Shown one piece after another: positions 11,767 through 24,364 of a DNA stretch of 51,094 nt (positions are counted from its first letter, which is position 1; every line of letters begins with the position of its first letter). Under the pieces are notes generated by a model. That model saw only the letters and a program-made list of their open reading frames with translations, did not search any database and was not told the origin of the DNA. This DNA comes from Nemertoderma westbladi (taxonomy: Eukaryota; Animalia; Xenacoelomorpha): the NCBI GenBank assembly GCA_032718475.1, contig JAUCBJ010006966.1, positions 1-51,094 on the forward strand, read 5' to 3'. Both the position numbers and the translations under genes were made by a program.

Positions 11767-13635
11767 CCCTTTCCGGCCGACTGTATATTTTTGTATACAC
11801 TGAATTTATTTCACTACGGATTGCATAATATTAAGTAATTATAGTTGGTTTCATCCAATTGTGGCACTATCACACTTCCTTTATTTAGAAATTACCGATT
11901 CTGATTGGATAATTGTAGTAGAAGGCTTCAATGAACGATTTTAGATGCCGTGTTTTCAGGTATTGACATGATGACTACCTGGTATAGGAAAGATGGTATT
12001 TAAACGCTTTGGCAAAACGATATTGAGAATTTTGATTGGGTATTCCAAAGATGGATTGTCCAATGAGATAATAATACTTCCAGGATAAACTTTACAGTAC
12101 ATGTAGGCTGGTAGTGTTATTGATAAATCACTGTATACATTTGTCTACGTTAGGTTTATAAAGTTGGGAAGTAGAAGTGGTGCAGCCACAGTTGTGGAGT
12201 AGATGTGGTGCAGCACCGTTGGGGAGTAGATATGATTCAGCCACCGTTTGGGTGATATGGTGCATCCACCATTGGGGTGTAGGCCTAGATGTGGTGCAGC
12301 CACCATAGGGGAGTCGATGTTGACCATTGGGGTGTAGATGTGGCGCAGCCACCATGGGGAGTAGATGTTGACCATAGGGTAGTAGAGGTGATGCAGCCAC
12401 CATTGTGGATAGATGTGGTGCAGTCACCATTGTGGAGTAGATGTGGCGTAGAACCATAGGGGAGTAGATGTTGACCATTGGGCCTTGGGAGTAGAAGTGA
12501 TGCAGCCACTATTGGGGTGTAGATGTGGCGCAGTCACTATTGGGCCTTGGGAGTAGATGTAATGCAGCCACAATGGTGAGTAGATGTGGCGCAGTCACCA
12601 TTGGGGAGTAAATCTAGCACACCCACCATTAGGGAGTAGATGTGATGCAGCCACTATTTGGGAGTAGATGTGGCGCAGTCACCATTGGGCCTTGGGAGTA
12701 GATCTGATGCAGCCACTAATGGGGAGTAGATGTGCCGCAGTCACCATTGGGGAGTAAATCTGGCGCACCCACCATTGATAAGTAGATGTGGTGCAGCCAC
12801 CATTGGGGAGTAGATGCTGACCATTGATGAGTAGATGTGGTGCAGCCACCATAGTGGAGTAGATGCTGACCATTGATGAGTAGATGTGGTATAGCGACCA
12901 ATGGAGTAAATGTTGACCATTGGGGAGTAGATGTGGTGTAGCCACCATATGGAGTAGATGTTTACCATTGGGCCTTGGGAGTAGATGTGATTCAGCCACC
13001 ATTGGGGAGTAGATGTGGTGCAGCCACCGTTGGGGAGTAGATGTTGTACACCTACAGTATACAGGCAGGGCAGATAGACATACAAACAATTGAAAAAAAG
13101 TCAGTCAATACTGTTTTTTTCAAACTTGAAAAAAACTGACAGAAAAAAACCTTCACTGTATAATTCTTCATTTTAAGTTTTTTGTCGCACTGTGTTACTT
13201 TTAAACAACGTGTGTTGTGAAAACACACAAAATTATAAAATTTTGGCATTTTGGCAAATTTCACAGTATTGACAGCTTTTTAATTCCAAAAAACATAATT
13301 TAAATTTTTATAATTAAAATTGCCTGCTCGTTGCATGCTTTGTTTATTCTACATATTAATATATATATATATAGAGAGAGAGAATATACTTACTATACGA
13401 TTTATGTATGTAAGTACTTACAATCTAGAGTTCGTATACAAAAGTATACATTGGGAACATGTTTCATATACCTAACGTATACAATAAATGTATTTGTATA
13501 CAATAAAAAAAACAAGATTGGAAATAATTTTTTGAAAATTTTTTCATCGAAAATTATTATTTGGTGTATAATTAACCCATTAAATAGACCAACCAATTTT
13601 TTTTCCTAAATTAAATTAATTCAGGCCGGAAAGGG
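11767..13635. mobile_element. Non-autonomous piggyBac-like element
   Basis: TTAA|CCCTTTCCGGCC ... GGCCGGAAAGGG|TTAA: perfect 12-bp TIR, CCC terminus, TTAA TSD, no transposase ORF. Confidence 0.9.
12165..13048. repeat. Degenerate ~28-bp tandem array (ggggagtagatgtggtgcagccaccatt) inside the piggyBac-like element
   Basis: Repeated gagtagatgt core with shorter (~21 bp) and longer (~35 bp) variants. Confidence 0.95.
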
Positions 13636-13944
13636 TTAATGGGCTTTCTCTTCCACTGTAAAGAAATCATTATACACCATGTAAATATCAACCAGCAATT
13701 ATTATTACTGTTAGTACAGTAAACTTAGATCGATTTCGACTTTGCTTGGCTAGGTGCCATATAACATAATATAGTTACAGGATATATAGGAAAAAAGAAT
13801 GAGATCATATAATGTTAAACTTCCATAAATAATAGCGGAATATCAACAGAAATAATAACAATTCTTCAAGTTTTGGTTATAATCTGTCGTAAATACAAAG
13901 TTTCGACGAATAAGTACTGTATTTATCAATATAATAAATACAGT

Positions 13945-14525
13945 TCAGTACTGTCCCAACTAATGAGGCAACATGCCCCAATGCGGCTCCTCGGCACATT
14001 GGAGCAGGTTGTTTCTAGTGTTGATCTTTTTGTAAACTCCAAAATTATAACAGGGAACCTTGACAGCCCTCGATAAATTTTGATCGTAAGGGCATAAGAT
14101 CCAGGGATGGTTTTCATGATCATGTGGGTGACTTCTGGTACTTGGGATCATGGATCAGAAAGTCAGGTGAAGACCTTCGGATACGTAAGGGAAGGCATGG
14201 GCGACATTTAATAGTCTGTCCAGAAATTGGAAGTCCAATAGTAGCTTGACTCTCGAACGGAGCGGCCTCCACTTCGCATGACATTGTTTTTGCCATGAGG
14301 ACCAGGACCCTTATGCCATTATCGTTTGCTTTGGCTGAATCATGGAGTGAATAAGCATGGTGGACAGCACAAGACTTTCTTGAGACGCCTCTTAAAGATG
14401 CGGATGATCTAGCAAATATCATATACTGTATGTATTAGCCTACACAGCCTTCTTAAATGTAATATATATGCAATGCAGCATGACGATAAGCCGATAGTAG
14501 TGGGAGTGATATTAGTAGTAATAAT
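13945..14525 (+). pseudogene. Degraded, internally deleted RTE-clade LINE 3' fragment
   Basis: HVGDFWYLGSWIRKSGEDLRIRKG matches the 35400-35480 copy. The 3' end aatgcagca...gccgatagtagt matches the copy at ~50190-50215 (minus strand). Confidence 0.8.
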
Positions 14526-14912
14526 GCCGATATTAGTACTGTAGGCCTACTAAGCTTACAGTAGAATTATTGAGTTAAAGGTGTACAATGATCGCTTAAA
14601 CCAATTATGTTTCTAGAGGGTTTAAACAATTGATTTAATTCAAATTAAATAATGGAGGGAGCAGGTTACAGTGGCTTTGTTTTCTAACCTAAACAATAAA
14701 CGAAACGTTGTTAGTTCACTTGCAGTCAATTTGCGGCACTAGCTATTATTAGTTAACATTCTCTATATTGAATGATTGGATGAGGATCGTTTATCTTAAA
14801 CGAATGCAGTATCGGAATATATACTGTAGATTTATGTGACATAATTATTTATGATGAGGTAATTTTTCTGCTTTAATATTATTTATCTTATTTATTTTAA
14901 GAATTTGTAAAT

Positions 14913-17615
14913 ATGATTAGATATAAATTTCATACCAGTGTTGTAAAAAACAGGAGGTATACGAGTCCAAAACAAAATGAGAGTCGAGTTCCACATAAAA
15001 CGTTACCGAGACGGGATGTGTCAGCACCACCTAGCGTTCCATCCCAGGCTGATGTTGTCATTATCGGAGGGGGGAGTCTAGGTTGCAACACTCTGTACCA
15101 CTTAACCAAACTAGGCGCTGGTAAAGTGGTCCTACTGGAGCGCGATGCTCTTACTTCCGGGACAACGTGGCACACTGCAGGCCTCATCTATAGCACCGGC
15201 TATCCCGCGAATGATGTCAATTGCGAGTTGCTAACCTATGCGAAGCAGCTAATGGGCGAGATTATCCCCAAGGAGACGGGGCTTTATACGAGTTTCATGC
15301 AGAATGGGACAGTAATGCCAATAACTAAGGATCGTTTAGAGGATATAAAGCGAATATATAGTCTTGCTAAACTAATGAAGATAGATTGCCATCTTTTGAG
15401 TCGGTCGGAAACTCAAAATATATACCCCTTGATGAATACTGATGGTTTAGAGGCGAGTTTATATTTCACTGGTGATGGAGTCATAGATCCTGCGATTTGG
15501 ATTAAAGCCCTCACTAAGACGGCGGTATCCCAGGGTGGAGTCATTGTTGAGCACTGCCCAGTGACTGGTATTATCACGGAAACAGATTTGTACACAGGAG
15601 CGATTCGAGTTACAGGGGTGGAAACCAGTTCTGGGACCATCCAATCCCCCATAGTGGTTAACTGTGCCGGGGCATGGGCGCCTGCGATTGGCAAAATGGT
15701 CGGTGTGGATGTACCTTTGCTCGGCATACGTCATGGATACGTTGTTACCGAGAGCATTTCTGGCATTAAAGGGATGCCGAATATCCGTGATCTAGGGGAA
15801 GGCCTATATTTTCGTATTCAAGGAGAATCGATATTATTCGGAGGTTATGAAAATAATGCAATACTTTGTGGCGAAATACCAGACAATTTTACTTTTCAGT
15901 TGTATGACTTAAATTGGGATCTCTTTGAGAGCCACATCACTGGGGCTGTAAATCGTATTCCTGCTATCGCTAATGCAGGAATTAAATCAACAGTATGCGG
16001 ACCTGAATCGTTTACACCGGACCATGTGCCATTAGTTGGACCATCTGCTAAAGTTCGTGGGTTCTACGTCTGTGCTGGCTTCAATTCGTCTGGTATAATG
16101 CTAGGACCGGGATGCAGTCGTGAACTGGCTGCTTGGATCGTCCATGGGGCTCCCAACCTCCACATGTATTCATACGATATTCGGCGATTCCCAGAGGACA
16201 TTGCCGCCAACCCAATGTTTGTCCAGGAACGAACCCATGAAACCTTCCTACGGCACTACTCTATTCACTATCCCAAAGACGAACTTGTCTCCTCCCGTAA
16301 TTTGAAGAAGACGCCCCTTTATGATTCCCTGTTGAAACAAGGCTGTGTGTTTCAATCTAGAATGGGATGGGAACGACCCTCTTACTTCGATACAACAGGA
16401 GAATTGTTTCCCATTCTAGAATACGATTATTATGGGGATTACCAGCACGTAAAGCATAAAAGATATCGCTATTATGAAATGTTAGAGAAAGAAATGACAT
16501 TTGAGTATCCAGAACATCATAGCGTCATTATGAAAGAATGTCTCTCCTGCCGGAATAATGTAGCTGTTTTCGATATGTCAGACTTTGGTAAAATATATAT
16601 GGTCGGTCCAGATGCTCAGAATGCAGCTGATTGGCTATTTACCAATAATATGAAAGCCCCTGATGGTGGTACTACAATTTACACTTGTATGTGCAACAAG
16701 AAGGGGGGCATTGAAAGCGATCTCACTGTGACTAAACTAAAGGGAGAGGGACTACAAGGAGACCCAAAGGATGCCGCGTTCTATCTGTGTCTGGGTGGCA
16801 GCACTACCGCCTACACAGTGGCACAGATGCGACATGCTGTGGCGGAACAAAGGTTTAATTGTGAATTTATAGACAGAACAGATAATATATCAATTATAAG
16901 TATCCAAGGGCCACGCAGTCGGGAACTTGTTGGAGAAATAACAGGAACTGATCTTGATGACAAATCCTTTCCTTTCTCGACTTACCGAATGGTTACAGTT
17001 GCAAGCTCCTCAGTGCGAGCCATTCGATTAACCTTCGCTGGTGAGCTTGGATTTGAACTGCATGTACCTAGTCACAAAGCAGTGCAAGTTTACGAGGCAG
17101 TCATGGCGGTGGGTCGACAATACAGTGTGAGCAATGCGGGGTACCGCGCTCTGGACGCGTTGAGTTGTGAGAAAGGTTACCGTCATTGGGGTGCAGATAT
17201 TCGTTCGGATGATACACCCCTGGAGGCTGGCTTGGGATTCCTCTGTAAACTCAAGGGCGGTCAAGATTTCATAGGGAGGGAGGCGATAGAGCGTCAGAAA
17301 CAGTTGGGAGTGCGGAAGTTATTGGCATGTTTCACTGTGGAAGAATTTGTTGCGTTCCATGGAGGGGAGGTTATCTACCGAGAGGGTCAACCCGTTGGGT
17401 TTATTCGCAGAGCTGAGTTCGCCCCGATACTTGGGTGCACATTAGCTTGGGGGTACGTATCCAGTCCCGATGGAGTCAACGTTACGCGATCCTGGTTGAA
17501 GGAGACTCAGGATTATCAACTCGAGAGAGCAGGACAGCGTCATCTAGCTACCATGTATTTGCGTTCACCTTTCGATAGAAATAATGATCGGGTAAATGGT
17601 ATTTATACGAATTAA
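14913..17615 (+). CDS. SARDH: Sarcosine dehydrogenase-like mitochondrial flavoprotein (DAO/FAD domain + GCV-T folate domain), 900 aa, no introns in CDS
   Basis: GxGxxG (VVIIGGGSLG), LTSGTTWHTAG with the covalent-FAD His, CGPESFTPDH, GFNSSGIMLG, GWERP, VFDMSDFGK, GELGFELH and EKGYRHW. The basic N-terminus resembles a mitochondrial presequence. Confidence 0.92.
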   Translation: MIRYKFHTSVVKNRRYTSPKQNESRVPHKTLPRRDVSAPPSVPSQADVVIIGGGSLGCNTLYHLTKLGAGKVVLLERDALTSGTTWHTAGLIYSTGYPANDVNCELLTYAKQLMGEIIPKETGLYTSFMQNGTVMPITKDRLEDIKRIYSLAKLMKIDCHLLSRSETQNIYPLMNTDGLEASLYFTGDGVIDPAIWIKALTKTAVSQGGVIVEHCPVTGIITETDLYTGAIRVTGVETSSGTIQSPIVVNCAGAWAPAIGKMVGVDVPLLGIRHGYVVTESISGIKGMPNIRDLGEGLYFRIQGESILFGGYENNAILCGEIPDNFTFQLYDLNWDLFESHITGAVNRIPAIANAGIKSTVCGPESFTPDHVPLVGPSAKVRGFYVCAGFNSSGIMLGPGCSRELAAWIVHGAPNLHMYSYDIRRFPEDIAANPMFVQERTHETFLRHYSIHYPKDELVSSRNLKKTPLYDSLLKQGCVFQSRMGWERPSYFDTTGELFPILEYDYYGDYQHVKHKRYRYYEMLEKEMTFEYPEHHSVIMKECLSCRNNVAVFDMSDFGKIYMVGPDAQNAADWLFTNNMKAPDGGTTIYTCMCNKKGGIESDLTVTKLKGEGLQGDPKDAAFYLCLGGSTTAYTVAQMRHAVAEQRFNCEFIDRTDNISIISIQGPRSRELVGEITGTDLDDKSFPFSTYRMVTVASSSVRAIRLTFAGELGFELHVPSHKAVQVYEAVMAVGRQYSVSNAGYRALDALSCEKGYRHWGADIRSDDTPLEAGLGFLCKLKGGQDFIGREAIERQKQLGVRKLLACFTVEEFVAFHGGEVIYREGQPVGFIRRAEFAPILGCTLAWGYVSSPDGVNVTRSWLKETQDYQLERAGQRHLATMYLRSPFDRNNDRVNGIYTN

Positions 17616-18515
17616 GCCTTTTCTGTAGCTAAATTCTTGGTTACCAATATGTGTAAGTAGTGTTACTTATGTTAACTGCATAACTATGGAAATTGTGTCG
17701 CTAGGTGCACCAACTATGATTGTTAAAAGATTTTGTTCTCATTTATTCATGGGTATCAAATCATTTTTGATTATTTACAGCATTTGATTCAAGTTCAATT
17801 ATTTAGAAAACCAGTGGAAACAATCTCCTTACGTCCATACTTTGGCTCTAAATTGCTAGATGGCACACACTCATGAATGCTATGTACGTCCATCGGGTTC
17901 ATTGTGTTAAGTAAGTATAATGCACTCATCACCAACCAGACTCTGGCTAAGGCAGCAGTTACGGCTGAAACTAGGTCACTGAGCAGCCAGTAGGCCTACT
18001 CTTTTAATTTAAATGAGCTTGTCTATCAGCAGGTTGGCGCCAACATACTGTTGTCGAGTTTTGACGCCTTTTTGGCTACTTATTCATACAGTATCAATAC
18101 TCACTACTCACTCGGGATTCGTTTGACAAAGGGAATTTACAACTGCGTTCTCAGTAACAACTCAGAAACTCGTTAGTATTGTTTTTATCTTTTTTTTTCT
18201 ATTTTTTCCAATGGTCAAACTGGATATTTTCTCTTACTTTGAACCAATTATTTTAAATTTAATGTTCTTTTTAATTTTCTTCAACATTCCTTGTGTAATT
18301 TTAATTTTAATTTCAATATTCTTTTTTTTTCACATTAAAACTAATTATGGACCACCATAAGTGCTATATGCCTGGTAGGTATCCTCTCCCTCGAACCATA
18401 TACTGTATCTTATATCACAATTACAATAATTTTACTTATATTTAGTAAATGTATTTCGTGTATAATTTTGTATTAATATCTGTTGCTTTGTTTTTTTTTA
18501 AATTTGATTTCGTGT

Positions 18516-18544
18516 AAATAAATAAATAAAATAAATAAATAAAC
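18516..18544 (+). repeat. (AAAT)n microsatellite, possibly the tail of an old LINE
   Basis: aaataaataaataaaataaataaataaa. Confidence 0.7.
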
Positions 18545-18870
18545 TACAGTATCACCGCATTCATTGTATCTGAACCACCATATCCTATCAACAATCTATC
18601 CTATCTAATATACTGTAGTACTATTAAAAAAAACTCTGATCTCACTATTGCTTAAATCAATTAACATGTCCTTTCCACTTATAACCTAGAAAACAATACA
18701 GATTTTTATAATTGCCAACTGAATATTGTTTAACCCTTTATATCTGGTCTAAGGAATATATACAATAATTTTTATGATCTGAAAGTTGAACGTTTATGTG
18801 TGAACCAGGACTTAGTTATTTGAAAGTTGATTTTTGAATGTTAAAAGTTGATATATACAATAAGTATGAA

Positions 18871-20504
18871 CAGTGGCGATCCGTCATTATGGGCCAGGTG
18901 GGCCGGGCCCACCCTAATTTCCGACAAGTCAACTAAACATTACTAACTATGTATTGATCACAACGTCAATAAATTATACTATTTTTATTTATATAATTCT
19001 ATATTTCTATTATTATACGATTTATTATAAAGCTAAAAAAATTTCTTAGCTTTATTATTTGACGCGGTTATGTTTTAATCAAATTTTGTACCATGACAAA
19101 TTGCAATTTATCTCTGGTCCCAAACCACAGATATTTTACCCTATATTATCTACCAGACTAGGGTTTGGTGGGTATTGAATCCTTCAAGCCAGCTCTGTAT
19201 AAAGGGAGGGTGGGCCAGAGAGGAACCGGCCCAATATCCAATCAACACAATTATTACAATAATAGCTACCGGTGCTGCCACACCAGTTCAATCAGCTTTC
19301 ATAGGAAGATCTACACTATCTCCCTCATCTCAGACTGTGAAAATATCGTTTCATTTGATTGGATGGCGGGCCTTAAATCCTTGGGCCCACAGGTCGATTT
19401 CTTTGCACTTCGCAGCTACAGACTGAGACAGAGCTGCACCTGCACTTAATTAATATCTCGAACCTAGCGGAATCAATGAGGAGTATGGTGGCTTATCTTG
19501 GAAAATAAATTGTATTATTTTTCTTTATTTCTGCAAACACTAAATTAAATAATTTTATTTATTTTATTGATATGTTTTAGGTTTTTTGCTTGTTGGTCTT
19601 GTGGTAGTTAGCTGAATTATCAAAATATTTAACCGAGAGAAAGCCGCACCAATATTAGATTATAACAACAACATTTCCATTGGGTAAGGAAGTGGAGGAG
19701 AGCCCGACTTTTAATTTAATTTTATGTACAGTATGTAACCAACATGTATGTAACCTTTTGTTAATATGTTAGCTATGCGTTTGCGGCTGTTTGGGCGGGG
19801 TGTGGTACACTTTTCACACTGAAACATTTTGGTTGTGAAATGTTACAGCGATCAAAGATATTGCATTTATATTTTATTATGAGAGGAATTTTGAACATAC
19901 AACGGAATTACTGTATGTAACGAAATAATTGTTTTGGGGTTTAACTTGGAATCCTCCCCAAATATTTGATATATAATTATATTTAAAATTATTTCCATGG
20001 TCATGGCAGCATGGTCATTCATCCGTCTTTAGTTAGAATATTGTTTGCATGAACAGATGAAAGACAGTTTAGAGTTCTAAATTACGAATATTACGGACAG
20101 GCTATCTCTTATCTGACTGGTGTAATAATATAGGATGGGATAAATGGAAGCAAGGTGTGACAGTAACAAATATTTCCCCGACACCCGAGCGTGTCTTAAG
20201 TGTATGATATCTCAAAGGGGGAAGTTTGGAATCACTGCATAAATGCAGTTCACCAAACTTCCCCCAAATGCACACTGAACTCACATAACATATTCTATAA
20301 GCAATATAATCTTAATCTTAAAGCAATATAAGCTCTTAAATTCAGCCAACTATTAGGGGGGGTTGTATCGCCCCTAAATTGAACTTCACATTTTGGTGTC
20401 TCAATGAGCTGATGAGTCCACCGTATTCATCAATTTTTTTCGGTCCGGCCCACCAGTTTTTCAGCCATTTTTTTGTAGCCAGTTTTGGCTACGGACCGCC
20501 ACTG
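18871..20504. mobile_element. Non-autonomous hAT-like element
   Basis: TIR CAGTGGCG(A/G)TCCGT at both ends. Flanks AGTATGAA / GGTATAAA match at 6 of 8, consistent with a decayed 8-bp TSD. Confidence 0.7.
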
Positions 20505-20589
20505 GGTATAAATAACGCATTTTTTTTTCAGAAACTCGAGTTAGCGCCTTTTTATTGCCATGCAACGATTAGTAGCCGATAGCAGTAAT

Positions 20590-20982
20590 GTCTCCGACAA
20601 CAGTCTTGACTACCACCGACAAAAACTAATAATACTAGCAACACACCGACATATGAAAAACACTAATGATTTTTACCATTACGCTATGCAATATAATAAT
20701 TTAAAACAGATAATATATGAAGGCGGTATTATATTTTAAAGAAATTATCATTACAAATTACACCACCGACAACAGGCCGACAGTGGACAATATACTTTGT
20801 TATAAATATTTGTACTGGAAATAAAAATTGTATAATCAATCATGTACTGAAATAGTTTACTAACATTGCCGAAGTTGTCGGTATACTGTCGGTTTGCGAT
20901 CTTACCTGTCGGTTTGTGTCTTTTGTTGTCGGTGGTATGCGAAAGGTGTCGGTGGTTGTCGGTGGCGTATTTAGTCAAACCC
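20590..20982. mobile_element. Degraded TIR element with (ca)ccgaca subterminal repeats
   Basis: ccgaca repeats on the left face tgtcgg repeats on the right. The right end reads ...tttagtcaaaccc; the left terminus is not identifiable. Confidence 0.45.
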
Positions 20983-21778
20983 AACGCCATTGTGTTTATG
21001 TGATATTATTGCATCTAGGCCTAATTAATCTGGTTTTGAATTTGAGTCGTGAACCCCATTAATTATGAGCACCACAACTTACTTAATTTAAATCCGGGTA
21101 CCTCAGTTTTATTTTCATGATAATAATTCTCAAGCACTAATATTTTAATTTTACAGGATCTTTATTGCTCCTGTTTTTGTACGTTGTACCATTTTTTTGC
21201 TTGTAGACAGAGCAAATTTTAATCCACCAATAATTTGGTTTTTATTCTAACCACCCATTATTTAATCCCTGTGTATTGATAAAACTTCTAATAACCGTAA
21301 CTCTGTGTCATTACATTATGTGCTCCACGAGCAGACGAGGTTTCACAAGTTGCCTTGCCAGTGGTCTCTCACTTAGACTCATTACTTCTATTTGTTGTGC
21401 ACGGCCCGTTTTATTTCAGTGCTTATACTGTCTGACTGTGTTATAGTGCAGTGTGATTTTAGTAATTTTGATTATAATAAATTAAATGCCAGCCAGTCTG
21501 GCGTAACCAGTTTAAAAAAAGATATGATGGTTGTATAATGTATATGGTAGGCCTACTTAACATACTACGTTCTGACGTTACTATGTACACCTACCAGCAG
21601 ACCAGAGCTACACATACAGCTGGATAGACTTACAGATCAAAACTGTCAGTGTTAGACTACATCACAGGACTAATCATCACATGACATAATGATCATCACA
21701 GGCTTACAGTGAGTGTGATTATCTCAGTACAGAACAGCAGTCCGGCAGTAGGGCTACTGGGCTAGGCAGCTAGGCATG

Positions 21779-23845
21779 CAGTAGGGAACACATGCCCAAA
21801 CAGGCAGTGCAGACTTTGCAAAATGCACTGCCATATTAGGCAGTTTTAGCCTAAATTTCTGATAAAATGTCAATTTTTATTAACTTCCTGCTTGAAGGGC
21901 CCCTTTTTTATTTCATGGGATGAAAATATAATATGTATTGCAAGGTAAATGGAAAATTTGGTAGACTTTCACAGTTGGGTTTTAGAGACATCAGACTTTG
22001 AAAATTGCTAGTCAAAAGCATGCACTGCCCAAAATAGCAGTGTTCTGCTTAATATAGCAGCATACTGTTTGAACTAGCAGTACAATGCTTAAAATGGCAG
22101 TGCAAAATCAGAAAATGCATTCAGCATCAGCATTACATACAATTCAGCAATTCTGATGGAAACAATATATATATATAAATAACCAATATTCAACAGATTT
22201 TATAAATCAATTTTTCACAGTTTGAAACACCAGTAGAACTGGGAGAGTTGGAAAAAGAAAGACCCGATCATATTTCTCCTGAATTTGTAAATAATATATC
22301 TGTATATTGTTTGTTGGTTTGTATTGTATTCTCTATATCCGTTACTATTGTCGAATGAATGACTTTGTATGTGTTTTAATCTACGTACTCCTATTGCCTA
22401 TTGTAAACATAAACGCTCATCTCAGTTTTAGCTTAATTTATACTATCGCAATATTAGCTTGTTAATTTTAATTTTTAATTTGTAATATTTTTATATTGTA
22501 GATATTCAGTCATTATGTTTGTTTTACTTGTGGCTTACTCTAATGTTTTACTATTGACGTTTTAACCTATCAGCCAGCTTATTGTACTTGTACACAAAAA
22601 TATTAGTATCAAATTTTGCTTTAAAAAAAATAAACTGTTGCAACATGTGTTTGTTAGAATATATTATCTTTATCTTTATTATTATTTTTTATTTATGTTG
22701 GTTTTACTCATTGCTCACTCTATATTTTACGTTTTCCATCTACTGTAAAACCAACATAATACTGTATCAATTTACAATTAATTGATTTATATATATCAAT
22801 TTTAGATTACTGGTCAGCCGGTAAGTCATACTGTATTAAAATTCTAGTTTATTATATAAATTTTGTGTGTGAACGTGTAAATCTAAATATAGGACTATTT
22901 TGTAGTATCTAAATTGGATTTAATTATTTCTTACTAATGATCTGATGACTTCTTATACAGTAATTTGTATTTTGTTAACAAATAATGCCTTATCAGTTAA
23001 TCCTTAAACAGTGCCTTATAAGAAATTTATTTCTACATCCATAAATTACTGAATTATTAAACAATAAATTAATCAAGGGGAGGTAAATTTCTGTACAGAC
23101 CCCTTAAAGATATGACAGTTTTAAATATGATTTATATTAGGCCTAATGATTTTATTACTAACTATTTACTATCAATAATTATCAGTTACCATATCAATCA
23201 GTCAATAAACATAAATTTTATCATTAGCGAACCGTAACTTTTAATATTAACAAACTATAGGCCTATAATACATATTGTTATAATGGCCACATAATCAGTA
23301 TATTAATATTTTATACATTATAATAAATATATTAATAAATTACCTGTCAGTGACTGTGTAAATTGTTAACCAGTTAACTGAATAACTAACAAAAACAAAA
23401 TATATAAATTGCTTTCAAAAGGATAGGCTTATATACTGTAGATAGATAGGCTGCTTAGCAGATACAGTACAGACAGAGATAGATAAACTCTGAAGGACTG
23501 AAGGATGCCTGGCATTGCCAGGCTCTCCAGCTCTCCTACAGTCAGTCAGAAGGAATTAATTCAATACCATAACTGCCATTTTAGGCAGTGCATGTTTTTG
23601 ACTTGCAATTTTCAATGTCAAATATCTCCAAAACCCAACCATGAAACTCTTACCACATTTTGTATTTACCTCCAATATATATCATATTTTCATCCAATGA
23701 AATAAAAATGGGGCCCTTCCAGCAGGAAGTTGATAAAAATTCACATTTTATCCGAAATTTAGGGTAAAACTGCCTAATATGGCAGTGCATTTTTCAAAAA
23801 TGGCAGTGCGTCTGTGCTGCCAATTCGGGCATGTGTTCCCTACTG
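21779..23845. mobile_element. Non-autonomous TIR element, CAG...CTG ends, 5-bp TSD (GCATG)
   Basis: GCATG|CAGTAGGGAACACATGCCC ... GGGCATGTGTTCCCTACTG|GCATG. The 19-bp TIR is perfect and continues imperfectly for ~250 bp. Confidence 0.93.
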
Positions 23846-24364
23846 GCATGTTACATTACAGCATTATAAGGTGATGCTTTGCTTACAGCTGTACAGGCTT
23901 ATATAGATAGGCCTCCTATCAGCCTATTCCTTTATTCAGTTGATAAATTTACCGAACTGAAGCCGAATGCGGGCGAATATATATATATGCCAATTCCCAT
24001 TATGCATAGGGCGCTTCCTGGCTTCCCCCCACTGTCCCAAGATATTAAATAGGCCTGCTATCACTATCAGCCTATCCCCTATTGAAAAGTTTTACATGTA
24101 CGCCGAGCACGTTCGGCGCAGCACTAGAACTTGCGCCGGGAGCTGGCGCAGTAATGTGCTACGCCGGGCAATGAGCCGGAAGGGTCGGCGCAGAGATGTG
24201 CATGATGTGCTACGCCGGCGGAGCACTGGCAATGGTAGAGATGCTGCACTCGGCGCAGCAGGCGTCGAAATATTCCCGGCGTCGACGCTGCAGAAATTGA
24301 CCCAGCGCCGGAGCAGGAATCAGCCCAGCACACCCGGCGTACATATTTGCCTGGCGCAGAAATC

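Noticed and set aside
14913-17615. Horizontal transfer from bacteria as the reason for no introns
   Set aside because: The motifs and presequence-like N-terminus resemble animal mitochondrial SARDH. Only a phylogeny could revive this idea.
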